Positions 13,307 through 27,684 are shown, counted from the first letter of the whole stretch. The stretch is DNA of 63,856 nt, filler included, from Octopus bimaculoides (GCF_001194135.2; 7 parts of 6 records of this genome joined end to end with filler, not necessarily neighbours in it); one strand, 5' to 3'. Program-made: numbers and translations. Notes: generated by a model from the sequence alone, not told the origin.

Positions 13307-14260
13307 GAAGACAAGTATTTTGGCAATTAACTGCCGTTCCAAATGCAATGACTGACAAGTTTTTTGGTGCTCTACGGTACTCAGAACTAATCATTTGATT
13401 GGCCTGTTGTTACAGTTATTGATTTTAACTAGCCTACCTGAAACAACTAATTACTGTCTATCCCCTATTTTATATGAGGCTCATTGTTGGTAAAATTATT
13501 TGTGAATGGAGCTGAACATTTTGTTTGTTGTATTATTTAGAAGTTGGCCCTTGAGGTGTAAATCTCTGATCAAGGCCATTCCAGCTGTGATTATCCTGTC
13601 ATTTGTTCAAGATACTCAGCTAATGAGTCACTCTTAAAATGATAGGTTATATTTTGAGGGTGATTTTGTTGTTATTGCTAGCAGTGTGTGCAACCATGTT
13701 GGTGCTCAATAGTTGGCTCATGAAACTGTTCCTCCATAAATTGATTAGTTTGAAGAGATTGATCTACTATTAGTTTGGTAAATGCTCAGGTTGTGTTCAC
13801 GTAAAATGTGATTATTTTGAGGGTGATGATCCTAGTAAGTACTGATTAAAATATTTGGTTCAACTTACATTTGTATACTAACCAGTTATCTATTAGATAA
13901 TCATGTAGTGTGGCTGAAAACATGTATGGTGAAAGAGATTCAACTACTACAGTTAAGACGTAGAGAAATAAGCTGGTAAATATATATCTATATGGTTGCT
14001 TAATTTGCCAGAAATAACACAAATCGACCTCATATCATGCCTGTCTTAACAAATGAATGGCAGATTAGATATTGTAGTCATAGATACACTACACCTGGTA
14101 AAACGATGGGTCTGTCATTGTTGAATAGTTTTGATCATAGATGTGTTTAGCCAGGGCTTATATGAGTACTGGGGTCAATATAATCAACAACTGATGTCAA
14201 ATGTTTTGCAATATCTTGGTAACTTATTTGTTTAATTCATCAAGTTACAACAAAAGCAGC

Positions 14261-14432
14261 CTAGCATTCAATGTAGAGGCCATCGTTTTGCACCATCTGA
14301 AACCACATTTCTGCCACTTTTTGATCCCATGCTAATACCAGTTCTTGTCCTGTAGGACAAAGAAATTCTTCACTGAAGCATCCACTTCCTCTTTGTTGAT
14401 GAAGCCTTGAGAGCACAGGAAGTGAGCCATGG
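14261..14432 (-). pseudogene. mariner transposase C-terminal fragment
   Basis: MAHFLCSQGFINKEEVDASVKNFFVLQDKNWY*HGIK, resembling mariner C-termini. Confidence 0.75.
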
Positions 14433-14459
14433 ATTAGAACAAGTAAGAAGCTAAAACAA

Positions 14460-14672
14460 GTAAATGTTTTCCTACAATTCCAATGTGCATAAGCAGCAGT
14501 TAAGCAAGGGTCAAATTCTGGAACCTGTCACCAAACCTGGACTTTTTGAATACAAGGTGAGGCTCTGTGTCTGGCGGAATTACGAGGGGATAATTCACTA
14601 TGAGCTCATCTCAAACAGATGAACCATCAATGTCAACCTCCACTCCGAACAGCTTGAGAGGATGTGTGGTGT
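14460..14672 (+). pseudogene. mariner transposase central fragment
   Basis: NVHKQQLSKGQILEPVTKPGLFEYKVRLCVWRNYEGIIHYELISNR*TINVNLHSEQLERM, matching KPGLH..KVML.VWW...GIIHYELL...TIN...Y..QL.R. Confidence 0.85.
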
Positions 14673-17014
14673 AGTACAGCAAATATACCCAGCACTGGTC
14701 AACAAAATGCACAACTTTTGACCTCAAAAGTGGTGCTACTGAAGAACTGTATTCAAAATACTGAAAGCACTAAAAAGAATAAAAGAAAGACTGTAGAATG
14801 GCAACTATTCTTTACCCTATTTTTCAATTTTAAATCATAAATTTAACTTTTATAACAACTAAAACACCAACCACCAAAGATCAATTACCTGAAAAGAAGA
14901 AATATGTTTTAAAATAACTGAATAGAACTTTTAGTATATGCAAGAATCTAGTTAGCAATGCTTCATTATGCAAAATTTACTGGAATGCCATAAACTGTGT
15001 CTAATGGAATATTAGTAATTGCAATTTAAAATTTCCTTTTAGGTTGCTTATCAAATAAAATACCAAACTTAATTTCCATCGAAAGTTGTATTGCACATAA
15101 GTTTTTATGATTGCCTGCTCTTCATCATGCATGTTGGTTTATTCTAAATTAAATCAATATTTGAAACTGAATCAGCACCAAAGCCATCCATCCAGCTTGT
15201 TTCAGTTTATTAACTCTGGTAAATTTTTTTGTAAAATTATTACTTTGTAGAGGAATTGGTATTTAACAATTTGGGAGTGTTGTGTATGCTGGTTATTTCA
15301 CTGAAATTGTATGGTATATATTAAAGAGTTAAGATAGCTACTTGATGGAAAACAAAATTTTAAATTGAATTGGAAAATTTGTATGAACATTGAAGAAAGC
15401 AGAAAATACAGACCGAGGATAAGAAATCTTAAAATTCTATCAGAATAGCAAAATGAGTGTTTTGACAAGGCAAATTTAAAAGGATAGAGTGAACACAGAA
15501 TTTTGGAGTTAAACACGAGATGAATAATTATTATACACTTGGAATATTAGGAATAATAATCCAGAAAATTGTAGAATAATAATATAGAATAATATTTACT
15601 TAAAATGTTTAACTAGAATTTGCCAATTCTAATTCAAAAGCTCAAATGGAAGACATCTCTATGTGGAAAGGAAATTTAGATATCGGTCATTTGAATAGCA
15701 GTAAAAATTAATCACAAACAATACTATTGGATTTTAAAATAAATTTCAATAACTAAAAACACAACTGGAATAACATTAAAACACATTTTTTTTACTCAAT
15801 AAACATTTCATAGCATAAATATAACAGAGTAAATTATATCTCAAAAATTGTTCACGTGTATAAACTAAATGAGTTTCAAGACAACCAGATAAACTCTAAT
15901 TTCTTATGTTAAATTTTATGTTCTACAGATACTAATAGAATTGGTAATTTGGCAGTTAACTACTCTTCGTTTCATCACTGACTCATTATATTTGCTTTTG
16001 GTCAAATCTCTTGAGAATCAGTATTAAGTATCTAATTAAAATTAGAAACAAAAGCCAAAATAAATATCTAGGTTATTAAGATCTGTTAAGAAAGCTAATT
16101 ATTCTTTATACAAGATTTTCTAATGCGCTGTCAACCGTAATAGCACACTACAACATTTGAAAGCTACAAAATTTCTACAAGAACATAATATAATGTAATG
16201 TCTGAAAGGATTTTATATTTTATATTTCATTAATAAAAGTACATTAAATTTGGCACGGTAAATATTTATGCATACTGAAGAGATGAAATAATCTTTATTT
16301 TCCTGACTATATATATTCACATGATGTTATCTGACATTTGAACGGAAAATCCATTGTTCTCAACCGAAACTGTTTGGAGGAAATTTCAAAGAGTCTCATA
16401 TATTTGAGTGATATATGAATAGGTACTTCTCTACTGGTTAAAACCTAACTAAAAGATTAAAGACTGGGGTAAGATAACTATTAAATCTAGTTTTATTTTC
16501 CTTATGTTACCATATGCTTTCACATTTACCAATAAAAAATTTAGGGAAATGCATTATAACAAATCTCATTTATCCATTCATAAAATATAAAGACTTTGTC
16601 CATCATCATTATCCCCCTCTTCCTCGTCCTAATCCTCCTCTGCACCTCCCCCTCCTCCTTCTCATTACTATCATCATTTAAGGTCTATTTTCCGTGGTGG
16701 CATGGGTTGGATGGTTTGATAGCAGTTGGTCAACCGGAGAGCTGCCTAGGCTCCATTTGTCTGTTTTTACATGGAGCTCGCATGTGTGCTTTTTACATGA
16801 TGCTAGCATGAGTGCTTGTTATGTGATACTATTATGTGTGCTTTTCATGTGGTGCTGGCATGAGTCAAAATAATGAAAAGCATAGGCAAAAAGTTTATGA
16901 AAAGGAAATATAATTTCGTTTTACTAGCAATAATAACAGCTTGTGAATAACTTTGAGCAATAGATAATAAAGCAAACTGGCACTATGGAGTGGCGAAATG
17001 CAAAATTGTTTTAA

Positions 17015-17238
17015 CCCATTAGTGCTCAAATATTTTTATTTGATTTATTGTCAAAAATCATTTTTTATACAACTTTATCTATCTGATACTAAATATGTAA
17101 AATAAAATTTATTACACTATTTGAAAGACACTCCAGTCTTGATGTCTAACTAAAAATATTTCAGAATAATACAGGTGTTGCAGAAATATGATGGATTATT
17201 CTTTTGGTCCTAAAAAGAGGACCATGGGCGCTAATGGG
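17015..17238. mobile_element. piggyBac-type MITE
   Basis: TTAA on both sides (17011-17014, 17239-17242); TIRs CCCATTAGTGCTCA / TGGGCGCTAATGGG (12/14). Confidence 0.85.
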
Positions 17239-17915
17239 TTAATTGAAATTTGTATTAGTACAAGACAGGTAGAAAGTGGCTTGGCTTAATGCTGAAAGAT
17301 GATGGAATTACACTTATTGTGTCAACATACCAAATTTTGTGGTGGTGGTGATGATAGTTGTGGTGGTGAGAGAGGAATTCTACAACACCAAACATGAGTA
17401 TTTCAATCTGGAAATAAATTAACACTTCTTTTAATTAAACGTTCATAGTATTGATAGAAATGTTAGAGTAATTTCATAATATTTCACAATGGTCTCAAGA
17501 AAATAAAAAAAGGAACAATTAATAATTATGAGGAAGACAATGAAGTACTGCTATGTTTTCAAAGTATGAGTCTTTGGTCTCAATCATGTAACATTGCAGA
17601 GAATATGATGAAGAGTTCCTGAATTAATGGTTTCAGCTATTAATTAAATAGTTGTTTGTTTGAAACGAATTTCACTCAGCTATTACCACTTCTATGGCCA
17701 ACTGATAATTTCAACACTGCCTAAGCAAAACAAAATACCTGTTATCCTTCTTCATGAACACCCATTTTATTAATCTCTCTGTTATTTCATCTCATCTACT
17801 TGATGTCAGACCTACCCCTTTTATCTTGGATGACTAAGGTTCTCCTTGATGACTAATGTTTTTCTTGAAGACTAATGTTCTCCTTGATAACATAATTCGT
17901 ACAGAAGTTTTATCT

Positions 17916-17968
<53 letters not shown>

Positions 17969-18383
17969 ATGTATGTGTCAAATTTATTTTATGGCATTCT
18001 TTCGTTTGAAGCGGGAAAGTTNNNNNNNNNNNNNNNNNNNNNNNNNNNNNNNNNNNNNNNNNNNNNNNNNNNNNNNNNNNNNNNNNNNNNNNNNNNNNNN
18101 NNNNNNNNNNNNNNNNNNNNNNNNNNNNNNNNNNNNNNNNNNNNNNNNNNNNNNNNNNNNNNNNNNNNNNNNNNNNNNNNNNNNNNNNNNNNNNNNNNNN
18201 NNNNNNNNNNNNNNNNNNNNNNNNNNNNNNNNNNNNNNNNNNNNNNNNNNNNNNNNNNNNNNNNNNNNNNNNNNNNNNNNNNNNNNNNNNNNNNNNNNNN
18301 NNNNNNNNNNNNNNNNNNNNNNNNNNNNNNNNNNNNNNNNNNNNNNNNNNNNNGTGTGTGTGTGTGTGTGTGCGTGTGCATTT

Positions 18384-18431
<48 letters not shown>

Positions 18432-19543
18432 GGAGAGAGAGTGAATGAGTGACCGTGTCTGTTGTCATATATGTATTTTTTGCATGTATGTGTCAGTGGA
18501 GCTCACTCACTCGCTCTCTCTCATTCTCTCTCTCTCACATATACACATTATCTTTTATATATACGTATATAAATACATATACATACACCTTTTTTGTATG
18601 CACGTGTGCGTGTGCACGTGCATGTGAGGTGAGAGAGTGAGGGAGTGTATTTCCCCATAACATAGAGAAATGTATGTCTTTTAATGAAATTGTCTTGGTT
18701 GCTTATTTTGATACAATATTTATGTGTATATTTTCATAAATGTTTGTCTGAGTAGAATTATACGCATGTGTGTCACATCAGACGAAAGTGAAACATTAGA
18801 AGCAAATCGAAAATTGCCCGAAAATGGCCACAAAACGGTGCGACCCGACCTCGTTTCCTAGGTTATTTTAGTTGTAAGAAAGAGTTGTTGTACCAAAAAC
18901 ATTGTTTATTTGGTAGCGTTTATATTATATAAATATATAGATTGGTGATAAAAAGCTTTCTTTATTATAGTATAGATATGAGTAATTCAGAGAAACATTA
19001 CTTTCGAATGAAACTTGGTCGTAGTACAGCAGTGTTTTTCAAATAACTAAAACTGTTTTTTGGTACAACGTAGAAAATATGTAAATGAAAATAAAGTTTA
19101 TTTGGTAGCCGAAAGATTACTGAACGTTTTGATACTTCATACTTCAAAATCGGCATCTAAGTTTTCGAATGCACAAGGAACGTACGCGCGCGCACGCACA
19201 CGCACACGCATATGCAAACTCCATTATATATATATATATATTTATATGTATTACTATATTAGTGCAAATGCATAAACTTAGATGATCTTCATATGACAAG
19301 TATTAGAGGATTAACTCAGCTATTTCAAATTATGTTTCATGATAAAAATTACGGTAGCATTTCATTGTAGTAGCCATACTTTGCCACACTGTAGCTGTAT
19401 ATTTCTTAGAGTAGATATACATTCGAGATTTTTTTTATTATAGATTCTTTTCTTCTATTCACAATGATTTCAATAAAAATGTAGAAATAGTAAAAACCTC
19501 CATTTAACTATGCCAAACCAGTTAATATTCTATCACACATATG

Positions 19544-19609
<66 letters not shown>

Positions 19610-21789
19610 GTGTATACATACATATATAAAACATATAAATATGTGTGCATGTGTATATATACATACAGATATATACAAATGTATATATATGTATACAAAA
19701 CACACACACACACACACACATATATAAAACACACACATAATATATATACATATATATAAATCAGCTGCTATATATTCTTTATATATCCTATATAACACCG
19801 AATACACCATAAAAGGATGATAACTTTTCCATTTCGTAACTTGATTTGAAATAGAAAGATTTTATTTCTATTTCCTACACGCTCATTAAGATATTTTAAA
19901 TATATATATTTTTTATATGAAGAAGAAATTCCTATGTCCATTTGGAGATGGAAAAGTGATGTATGTTCATTAAATGATACATAAGATTATGTTGCTTTAA
20001 TCTATGTTACTTTATTTAGATGCAAATATATAAATCTAAAAGCAGCTGAAGCAATTTTAATTTCCAATGAAAATATATTAAAAAAATAATAAAATAATAC
20101 GAAAGAAAAGTTATCGCACTCCATCCTATTTGGAGGAATACAATCTTGTTTTCATTGATTTTTACCACACATCAATTGCTGGTAATTTTCTTTAAAAAAA
20201 TAATAAAATACTTCAGAAATTTGATGCTATCACAGTTGTATTTTATATTTGTTTGTCATTGAGTCATCTTCAGCAAGCTAATACTCTCACAATTTGCTTT
20301 AACCTGAGTGACAATTTACAGAAAATCAGCCTGATAAGGAATTTATTTGGTTGGAATCTGTTAAATTACAAGCTGATCATTCCAATCTAAAATGTTGTCT
20401 TCAACTTTGGTTGATTTTAGTGATGTATGCTTTATGTTATTTCCAGTTTGATTTGTTGTACAATAAATCAATGCTAACTCCCAGTTATAGCTAGTTTCGA
20501 TCTAAACAAGTTTCTGTTGGCAAACATCATGAAGAATGTTTGCAATTTCAAAACCACTAGTGGGTTCTTTGTTAGTTATCTGCCCGGGACCTTCGAAATT
20601 TACATGCAAACATTTGATAAAAGTTGCATTCTAGCTTCAGTGCGTAGTCAGAAATTAATTAAGATGAGGCAAATTTGATTTAATCACCACCTACATCTGT
20701 AACCTAGTAAACGTTTTGTAAGTAGTGCCGTGAGTTCTAAAACTCATAGGACCGGTGACCTAGTTTCCATGGCATGTAAAGATATCACAATATTTTCCCT
20801 GAACAGAATACCAGTTCATTGTAGGGTTACTACTTTATGGGCAAGTGGACTAGAGCGAACAAAAGTGTTTTGCTTGAGTACGCAATGCGCTGCCTGGTCC
20901 GGAAATCAAAACCAGGATCTTGTGATCTTGACTACAGTACTCTAACCATGAGGCTATGTGCCTTGCTTCACCCCAGTTTTTGATTTGTATTTAATTTGTA
21001 AAAGTAACACAAAGTTGATCTGGATGTAATTTAAAACTGGATCATAATATTATCTAAAAAAAATACAGGATTGTATTTTGTTGAACACTCTACCAGCGCC
21101 ATCAATCTTAAAGTGCACCCCCCCCCCAAAAAAAAATACACAAATCGAGATAAAATTCCTCAGTAGAACTCTTCACACATAAAAAATGTCATCCGCTTCT
21201 GTTGATTTCCACCACTTCTTTCTGTCGTCTTTTAGTCTTGCAAGCATCATACTGGTGATACTTGACCAATATTTCTCTATGTTCAGCATGTATCCAGACA
21301 AAAGTCTTTTTAATAATTTTCCTGTTTGTATCTGCTTTAGACTGAAAGAGTACTCCTCTTCATCGTCATCATTTAGGTAACGTCCACTAGTTCATGCTCG
21401 CATAGATCAGACGGAATTTATTGAAGCAGATTTTCCACAACCGGATACTTTTCCTGTCACCAATTCTCATCTGTGTCCCAACAAGGTAATATTTTCTGAA
21501 GGCTAGACATATTTTCCCCGGAAGATTGGAAACGAATAGTTTCTCTTATATGATGATGACTGTTGTTTAGAACCATAAATTCCAGATATTATATATATAT
21601 ATTGTTATTGCTTTCCGCAGCAGTGTTATGTTCCGGTCTGGATTGTTTTTAATTGTAAGACTACACTTCAGTTTGTTTTGTTTGAAAGCGGGCGCATTCC
21701 ACTCGAGTCATACGAAATTCTTCCGAGTCTGGATTTTGCCATGTCCGTTTTTGTCATTTTGTTAATTGTTGATCGAATATATATATATA

Positions 21790-22646
21790 TATATACTACA
21801 TATGTGGAAAATTCTGTCTGTGGGTGTGTTTGTGGAGTTGTAAGCTAACTGCTCCTGCATCGTTTTATCGAATTTGAAACTTGACACGTAAGTAGAACTC
21901 ATGTTTGGAAACCTCATGGCATACTTAGATTGTTGAAAAAATTGGAAGGGATCCTAATATATATCCAGGGAAATAACCTGTTCATTTTCCTAAATTATTT
22001 GGTGAAAATGAAATTGAGTATGTTTATTTCTTAGTATTTGAACTGTTACAGTTATTTTCGCATTTTATCCAGTACAATCCTTAAACAAATAAATAGTATT
22101 TTCCTAAACAATAGATCCACTTATTTCAGTTAGTGACTTATTCACGAATATACCAACCATAGCGCCTCTGATGGTAATATTCTCTGGGAACGGAAAATAG
22201 CCCTTTTCATAGTTATTTTCTTTGAATTGTTATTATCTCATATCTGATTAGCCTGTTATTCCGTAACATGCTTCATGATTTTAGCATACATACCTTATTA
22301 GTATTTCCTCCTATACTCTATATACACCTGGAACTTATTAAAGCCCTTTTTTGAGGTTACTTTTTGAGGTTACTTTTTTGAGGTTGCTTTTTTTAATTCT
22401 TACTATTTGTTAACTAATTTCATGTTATTTCATAACTGACTTCACATTTGGGGTATTCATAACTTATCGGGAATTCCTAAAAACAAGATCCTGCGTAAGA
22501 CAGTTCGGTATTCTTTGTAAATGCACAAAAACCGTTTTAAGGGCTACATACTTTGTATTGTTGTTATTGTATTAGCGAAACAATTATGTGAACGGAACCA
22601 ATGGATAAGCGCTGCTTTCTCGAGAATTACCGGGTACTTCAGCCAG
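21790..22646 (+). mobile_element. Possible non-autonomous Helitron-like element
   Basis: 5' TATACTA...TCTGTCTGTGG start; 3' short hairpin AAGCGCTGCTT then CCGGGTACTTCAGCCAG|T (CTAG-like end); internal triple repeat TTTTTGAGGTTAC. Confidence 0.4.
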
Positions 22647-22687
<41 letters not shown>

Positions 22688-22888
22688 NNNNNNNNNNNNN
22701 NNNNNNNNNNNNNNNNNNNNNNNNNNNNNNNNNNNNNNNNNNNNNNNNNNNNNNNNNNNNNNNNNNNNNNNNNNNNNNNNNNNNNNNNNNNNNNNNNNNN
22801 NNNNNNNNNNNNNNNNNNNNNNNNNNNNNNNNNNNNNNNNNNNNNNNNNNNNNNNNNNNNNNNNNNNNNNNNNNNNNNNNNNNNNNNN

Positions 22889-22922
<34 letters not shown>

Positions 22923-23419
22923 GCATGTCACCTATAAGGTTATTCAGGAGCAGAAATTGTTAAATATTTGATCAGCAAGAGAGATGATGGTGGCCTCAGC
23001 TAATAATTCCTGTCAATGAAGGTTTCTTTTACGAGAACTAAAGAGAGAGAGAGAGAGAGAGAGGAAATCCTCTTAGAACCAGAACCATGGTTTCCTAGAA
23101 GTATTATTGTTTTTTGTTATTTTTGTAGCTTTATTACCCAGTTACTGTTTATATCTTACGGTTCAGTGCGTGGGAAGTGGTACTTGACGTGCTACGAGGT
23201 TGATCTATGTAGTAGTAATTATCAAAATCTTTAAGCTATCGTAATCCTTAATCGGACATAATGCTTAATCTGCTGGCTTTTGTGATATACTGTTTTTATT
23301 ATTATTATTATTATTTTTTTACCAAAGAACTGCTATAATATTAATAAAATATCACCTGAAACGATTAATAATCTAAGGTACAACGTTATAAGTATACTAA
23401 AAGTAGCCGATAGAAAGGA

Positions 23420-24310
23420 ACGATTTACACCAAATCACCCCAAATACAATTTTAAGAACCTTATTGATGGCTTTGATATATACCCTACGATAGGAATGAT
23501 ATATACTTCCCAATGAAACGTGGGAAGGATTAGTAAACATATTTTGGATAGAATTATCTCAGAGATAAAAGAAAAAATCCAGCTCAAATTATATTATAAT
23601 ACTCACAAGGTTTTGGACTGATACACGAGATTGGAAAATAAATAGAAAATATTGTTCCTCCAATTCGATACAGAAAACGTATTCGTCAATACCTCGTATT
23701 GTATTGCATATAGCTTTGATCTTGGCTGAAAAATTACAGTATAATTCAAGAAAAAGTAAATATAATATATTGGTTGCTACAAGGAGTTTGATACTTTTCA
23801 AAGGGGATCTTTGGCCCCCAAAAGCTAGAGATGATCGATTCAATATTCTGATAGAATCCTTCTGACTCAGCTGAAGTTCCTGGTTTGGTCGGATTATATT
23901 TGTTACATCAAATGAAGAACGAATTTAGTGAAATTGGTAGTAGTCTATAGAGGAATGATGCTCCGTCTTCTTTTCTAAACTATAGCCATTCGACTTTGGA
24001 AAGGCTTCATAAGGGATTGCGTAATCTAAATTGAAACTAGCTCTGATCATTTGATTACTTTTGACAATAACACCAAAAGAGTTAATTTACTAGATATCAC
24101 ATTAAATCCCGACGCAATTTTGATTACCGAAGACTACCGAAAACATACAATACACTCACAAATATTCTGACCACCCTACCACAATTATTAATGATGCTAT
24201 TAGGAATAGTTCATCAGAATCATTAAACTACCTGCTAATGAACAGATATCTAATGAAAATGCCGATTATTATCACCAAGCTTTCACACAATGTGGGTTTG
24301 AGAGAAAAAG
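23420..24310 (+). pseudogene. Penelope-like reverse transcriptase remnant
   Basis: Across frames: GRISKHILDRIISEIKEKIQL, FLQFDTEN, DSAEVPGLVGLYLL, L*RNDA (YRDD position), VNLLDITLN; many stops and frameshifts. Confidence 0.85.
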
Positions 24311-27300
24311 CATTTTATGAACTTAACTATAAATATGAAAATATATTATGCATAAAACTTTCACAGGCACCTAATAAGTATAACAATGCATTTCCTCCTA
24401 TACCTCACTAACACAAGGTAATACTGACAGGTTAAATAAGCATATAAAAATACAAAACTTGTGTCTGAAACGAATACTACAGTAAAAATTTTGATAATTA
24501 TTACTTAATTGTTAACATAATCAGTATTAATAAATGGAAAATCGGAGGAATTAAACTAAAGCCGAGTAATATAATTACTAGAAATGCCAAAATAAAAAGA
24601 AATGTTTCTTTCTTGCCTATCAATGAAAACAGTATTTTTCTAACTTTGTTAATCATTACCTAAATTATAAGAATAATAACGAAAACAGCAAGAATGAATA
24701 TCCATATATTGTTTATGGATTTAGGAACTTCATTGGTCTAATCCAACTGTGAAAAAATTAAGAATTTTCAAGAACTTACATGCACACGAGGAACTTACAC
24801 AGAGTTTTTTCTATAATTTTCTCTGGAAAAGCAATGATTAGCTCAAGGTTTATCAGATAACATTTGCGCATAATGTCGCGCCTTGAAACGGAATCGGAGA
24901 CCATGGATTTGCAAATCTGATTTCTGAATCAAACAACCATTCCTGTGTTTAGTATAGTAGTATGGTTTGTTTTGTTATCATGCCTCGTGTACATACATTG
25001 AAGTACGCCTCTACCTATGCATATCGCTAGCCTTAATTAATCTTTTTTATTTAAAAGATGAATGTTAACTCGCATACGTGTGAACTGTTGGAACGTTTTC
25101 TTGTGTTCTATGCCTATGCAGTGAACTCAATGTTCCCTTTCGGCAGACAAAGGGTACCTATTTGAGAATAAAAAAAAAAAAAAGAATTTATGCATTCATA
25201 AAAAATACTTCCAAGCTTCCTATTTGTCAACTTCTTATAGCTCATATTGTATAAACTCACTCCTACCCCAAACTAATGACTACACTCAATTATTGTACCC
25301 CAGAATGTCAGCAATCTCATATATCTTCCCCACTTCTGTTAATTTTTTTAACGGTTTTATGGGCTTTGTTGTTTTTCTTTTCATGATACACGAAACTGTT
25401 TATACTCATAAACATCGTTGAAATATTTTTGGCAATACAAACTAGTAGCAGTTTACTTATCTATTGCTTATTGTAATTTGTTTTTGTCAGACTATGAAAT
25501 AAGAAATATGAGTTTCCTAATATATTTTCCCTCTAATATTCGAAATCATTGCTTTAAACTAGTTCAAAATTCCGCTCATTCCTGATTAATCAGACCAATG
25601 GCCAAAAGCAATCTTATATTATGTGCCACCAATATATCGAGAATGATATCAAATTAATTTCTTTAAGATTGAGCTTTGAAGTAGATTTGCTATTTATGGT
25701 TGGGGAATCATGTACAGGCTTTCCTGTTGGATCGTTGACTTTGTTTCAAAGATTAGTGGTTTTGATAGAAATTTTAAACGCTACGATATAGTATACATGA
25801 AACTATATAGAATACCTTAAAAAGTGCTATAGACCTTAACATTATTGTTTGGAATAGGTATTATTACTTTATTTTGCTTTAGATGTAAGCATTTAATAAA
25901 ATTTAAAACAATGGGCACAGCCAAAATTTAGATCATTATTACCACGCGTTGGTATCTTCTTTCATTCTTTTATTTTAGTTCTACTGAATAAAAAAAAAAA
26001 AGGACAAACCCTTTCGTTCCGCATTAAGTGTTGAATATATTTGTGAAATTATAGCAATCCCTTGTCTGGTATTTTGAACTTGCTTTATCTCATAAACAAA
26101 ATATGAATATATTACTGTTGCTTTTATCAACATCATTATAATTGTTATCGTGAAATCTGTGTTCATACTAGTGCAAATTTAACATATTTTGTTTCACAGA
26201 ATTTTATCTGTCTTTTAATATGATATTAACACCAAATAAATTTTTGGAACTGTTTCACCACAATGCTTTTGTTCTTTACTTTCTCCTTTATTACTTGTGA
26301 TACCTATCTATACATTATTTGGAAAATGTATACTTTATTAAATATCATATTAACTCATCCTTTTGATTCGTCATTGATGTGTTATAGATAGGCATATTTT
26401 CAAATCACAACCAGCTTTGCGCATACTCTTTATTGTGAAAGCTCCTTAATAATGGACAGTATTATACTAAAAAAACCTTTCATATTGTATTCACTTGTTT
26501 TGTTACCAGCTAGTTTCATGTATTTTTAAGTTACAAACTTGCTTTGATATTAAATTATGATATGTATCTGAGGCCTCTTGCTTCAGACTAAGGCTAATAA
26601 CATTGGAAAAATGGTACATTAAATTGTTATAAATTACTCTGGCATATGTAACAGGAATTCCCAACGACAATATGAATGCTGTATGAACATTTATGTTGCC
26701 CAAAACGAAGACAGTGAAATAAACCACCACATTATTTCTATACTTACTTCCGTATGAAGAGAAACGTTACTTCAAATTACGATGGCCTCAGCTTCTGACA
26801 AAATGGAAAAATCAAAGTATGTGATATTCCGATGCTGTATAATACAAATAGTTTAATTGAGAACATTACATAATTATAAGGAAGGAGTAACATCAAAGGA
26901 AAAAGGTGATGTTGATTGTTAGCAGTTGAAGTGACGTGCTAACTTAATTACAGGCTTAGATATCCAAGGTGCCTGAATTCTTCCTAATAATTTTTCTTTC
27001 AACATCTGCATTCAAAATATTTCTATACTTAATATCTTGATATTGCTTATTCAATCAGGGAAGGATTCTATGGTTGTAAAGGAGTAAAATTTATTCATTG
27101 AAGAAATTTATTGTATGTACAAGCATANNNNNNNNNNNNNNNNNNNNNNNNNNNNNNNNNNNNNNNNNNNNNNNNNNNNNNNNNNNNNNNNNNNNNNNNN
27201 NNNNNNNNNNNNNNNNNNNNNNNNNNNNNNNNNNNNNNNNNNNNNNNNNNNNNNNNNNNNNNNNNNNNNNNNNNNNNNNNNNNNNNNNNNNNNNNNNNNN

Positions 27301-27387
27301 NNNNNNNNNNNNNNNNNNNNNNNNNNNNNNNNNNNNNNNNNNNNNNNNNNNNNNNNNNNNNNNNNNNNNNNNNNNNNNNNNNNNNNN

Positions 27388-27439
<52 letters not shown>

Positions 27440-27646
27440 AACACACACACACATGCCTAATCACATAGAAATGCTTTCTGTTTGGTCTTTTTTTGCAATT
27501 ATACATTGCATATGCACAAGCGATCTTACCGAAATTTGTCTTAGAATAGCAGTAAAACAACATATTGCAATGTATTCTTTCTGTGAAAGTCATGTTATTA
27601 ACATCTTGAGTGCATGTCTGAAGCGTGCGTCATACATATAGAGAGG

Positions 27647-27684
<38 letters not shown>

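Noticed and set aside
21341-21376. 36-bp exon with good acceptor and GTAACG donor
   Set aside because: Its 3' half and donor are the reverse complement of the RTE (GAT)n tail repeat.
25558-25791. 77-codon open frame
   Set aside because: No convincing splice sites or recognisable motif; occasional frames of this length are expected by chance.
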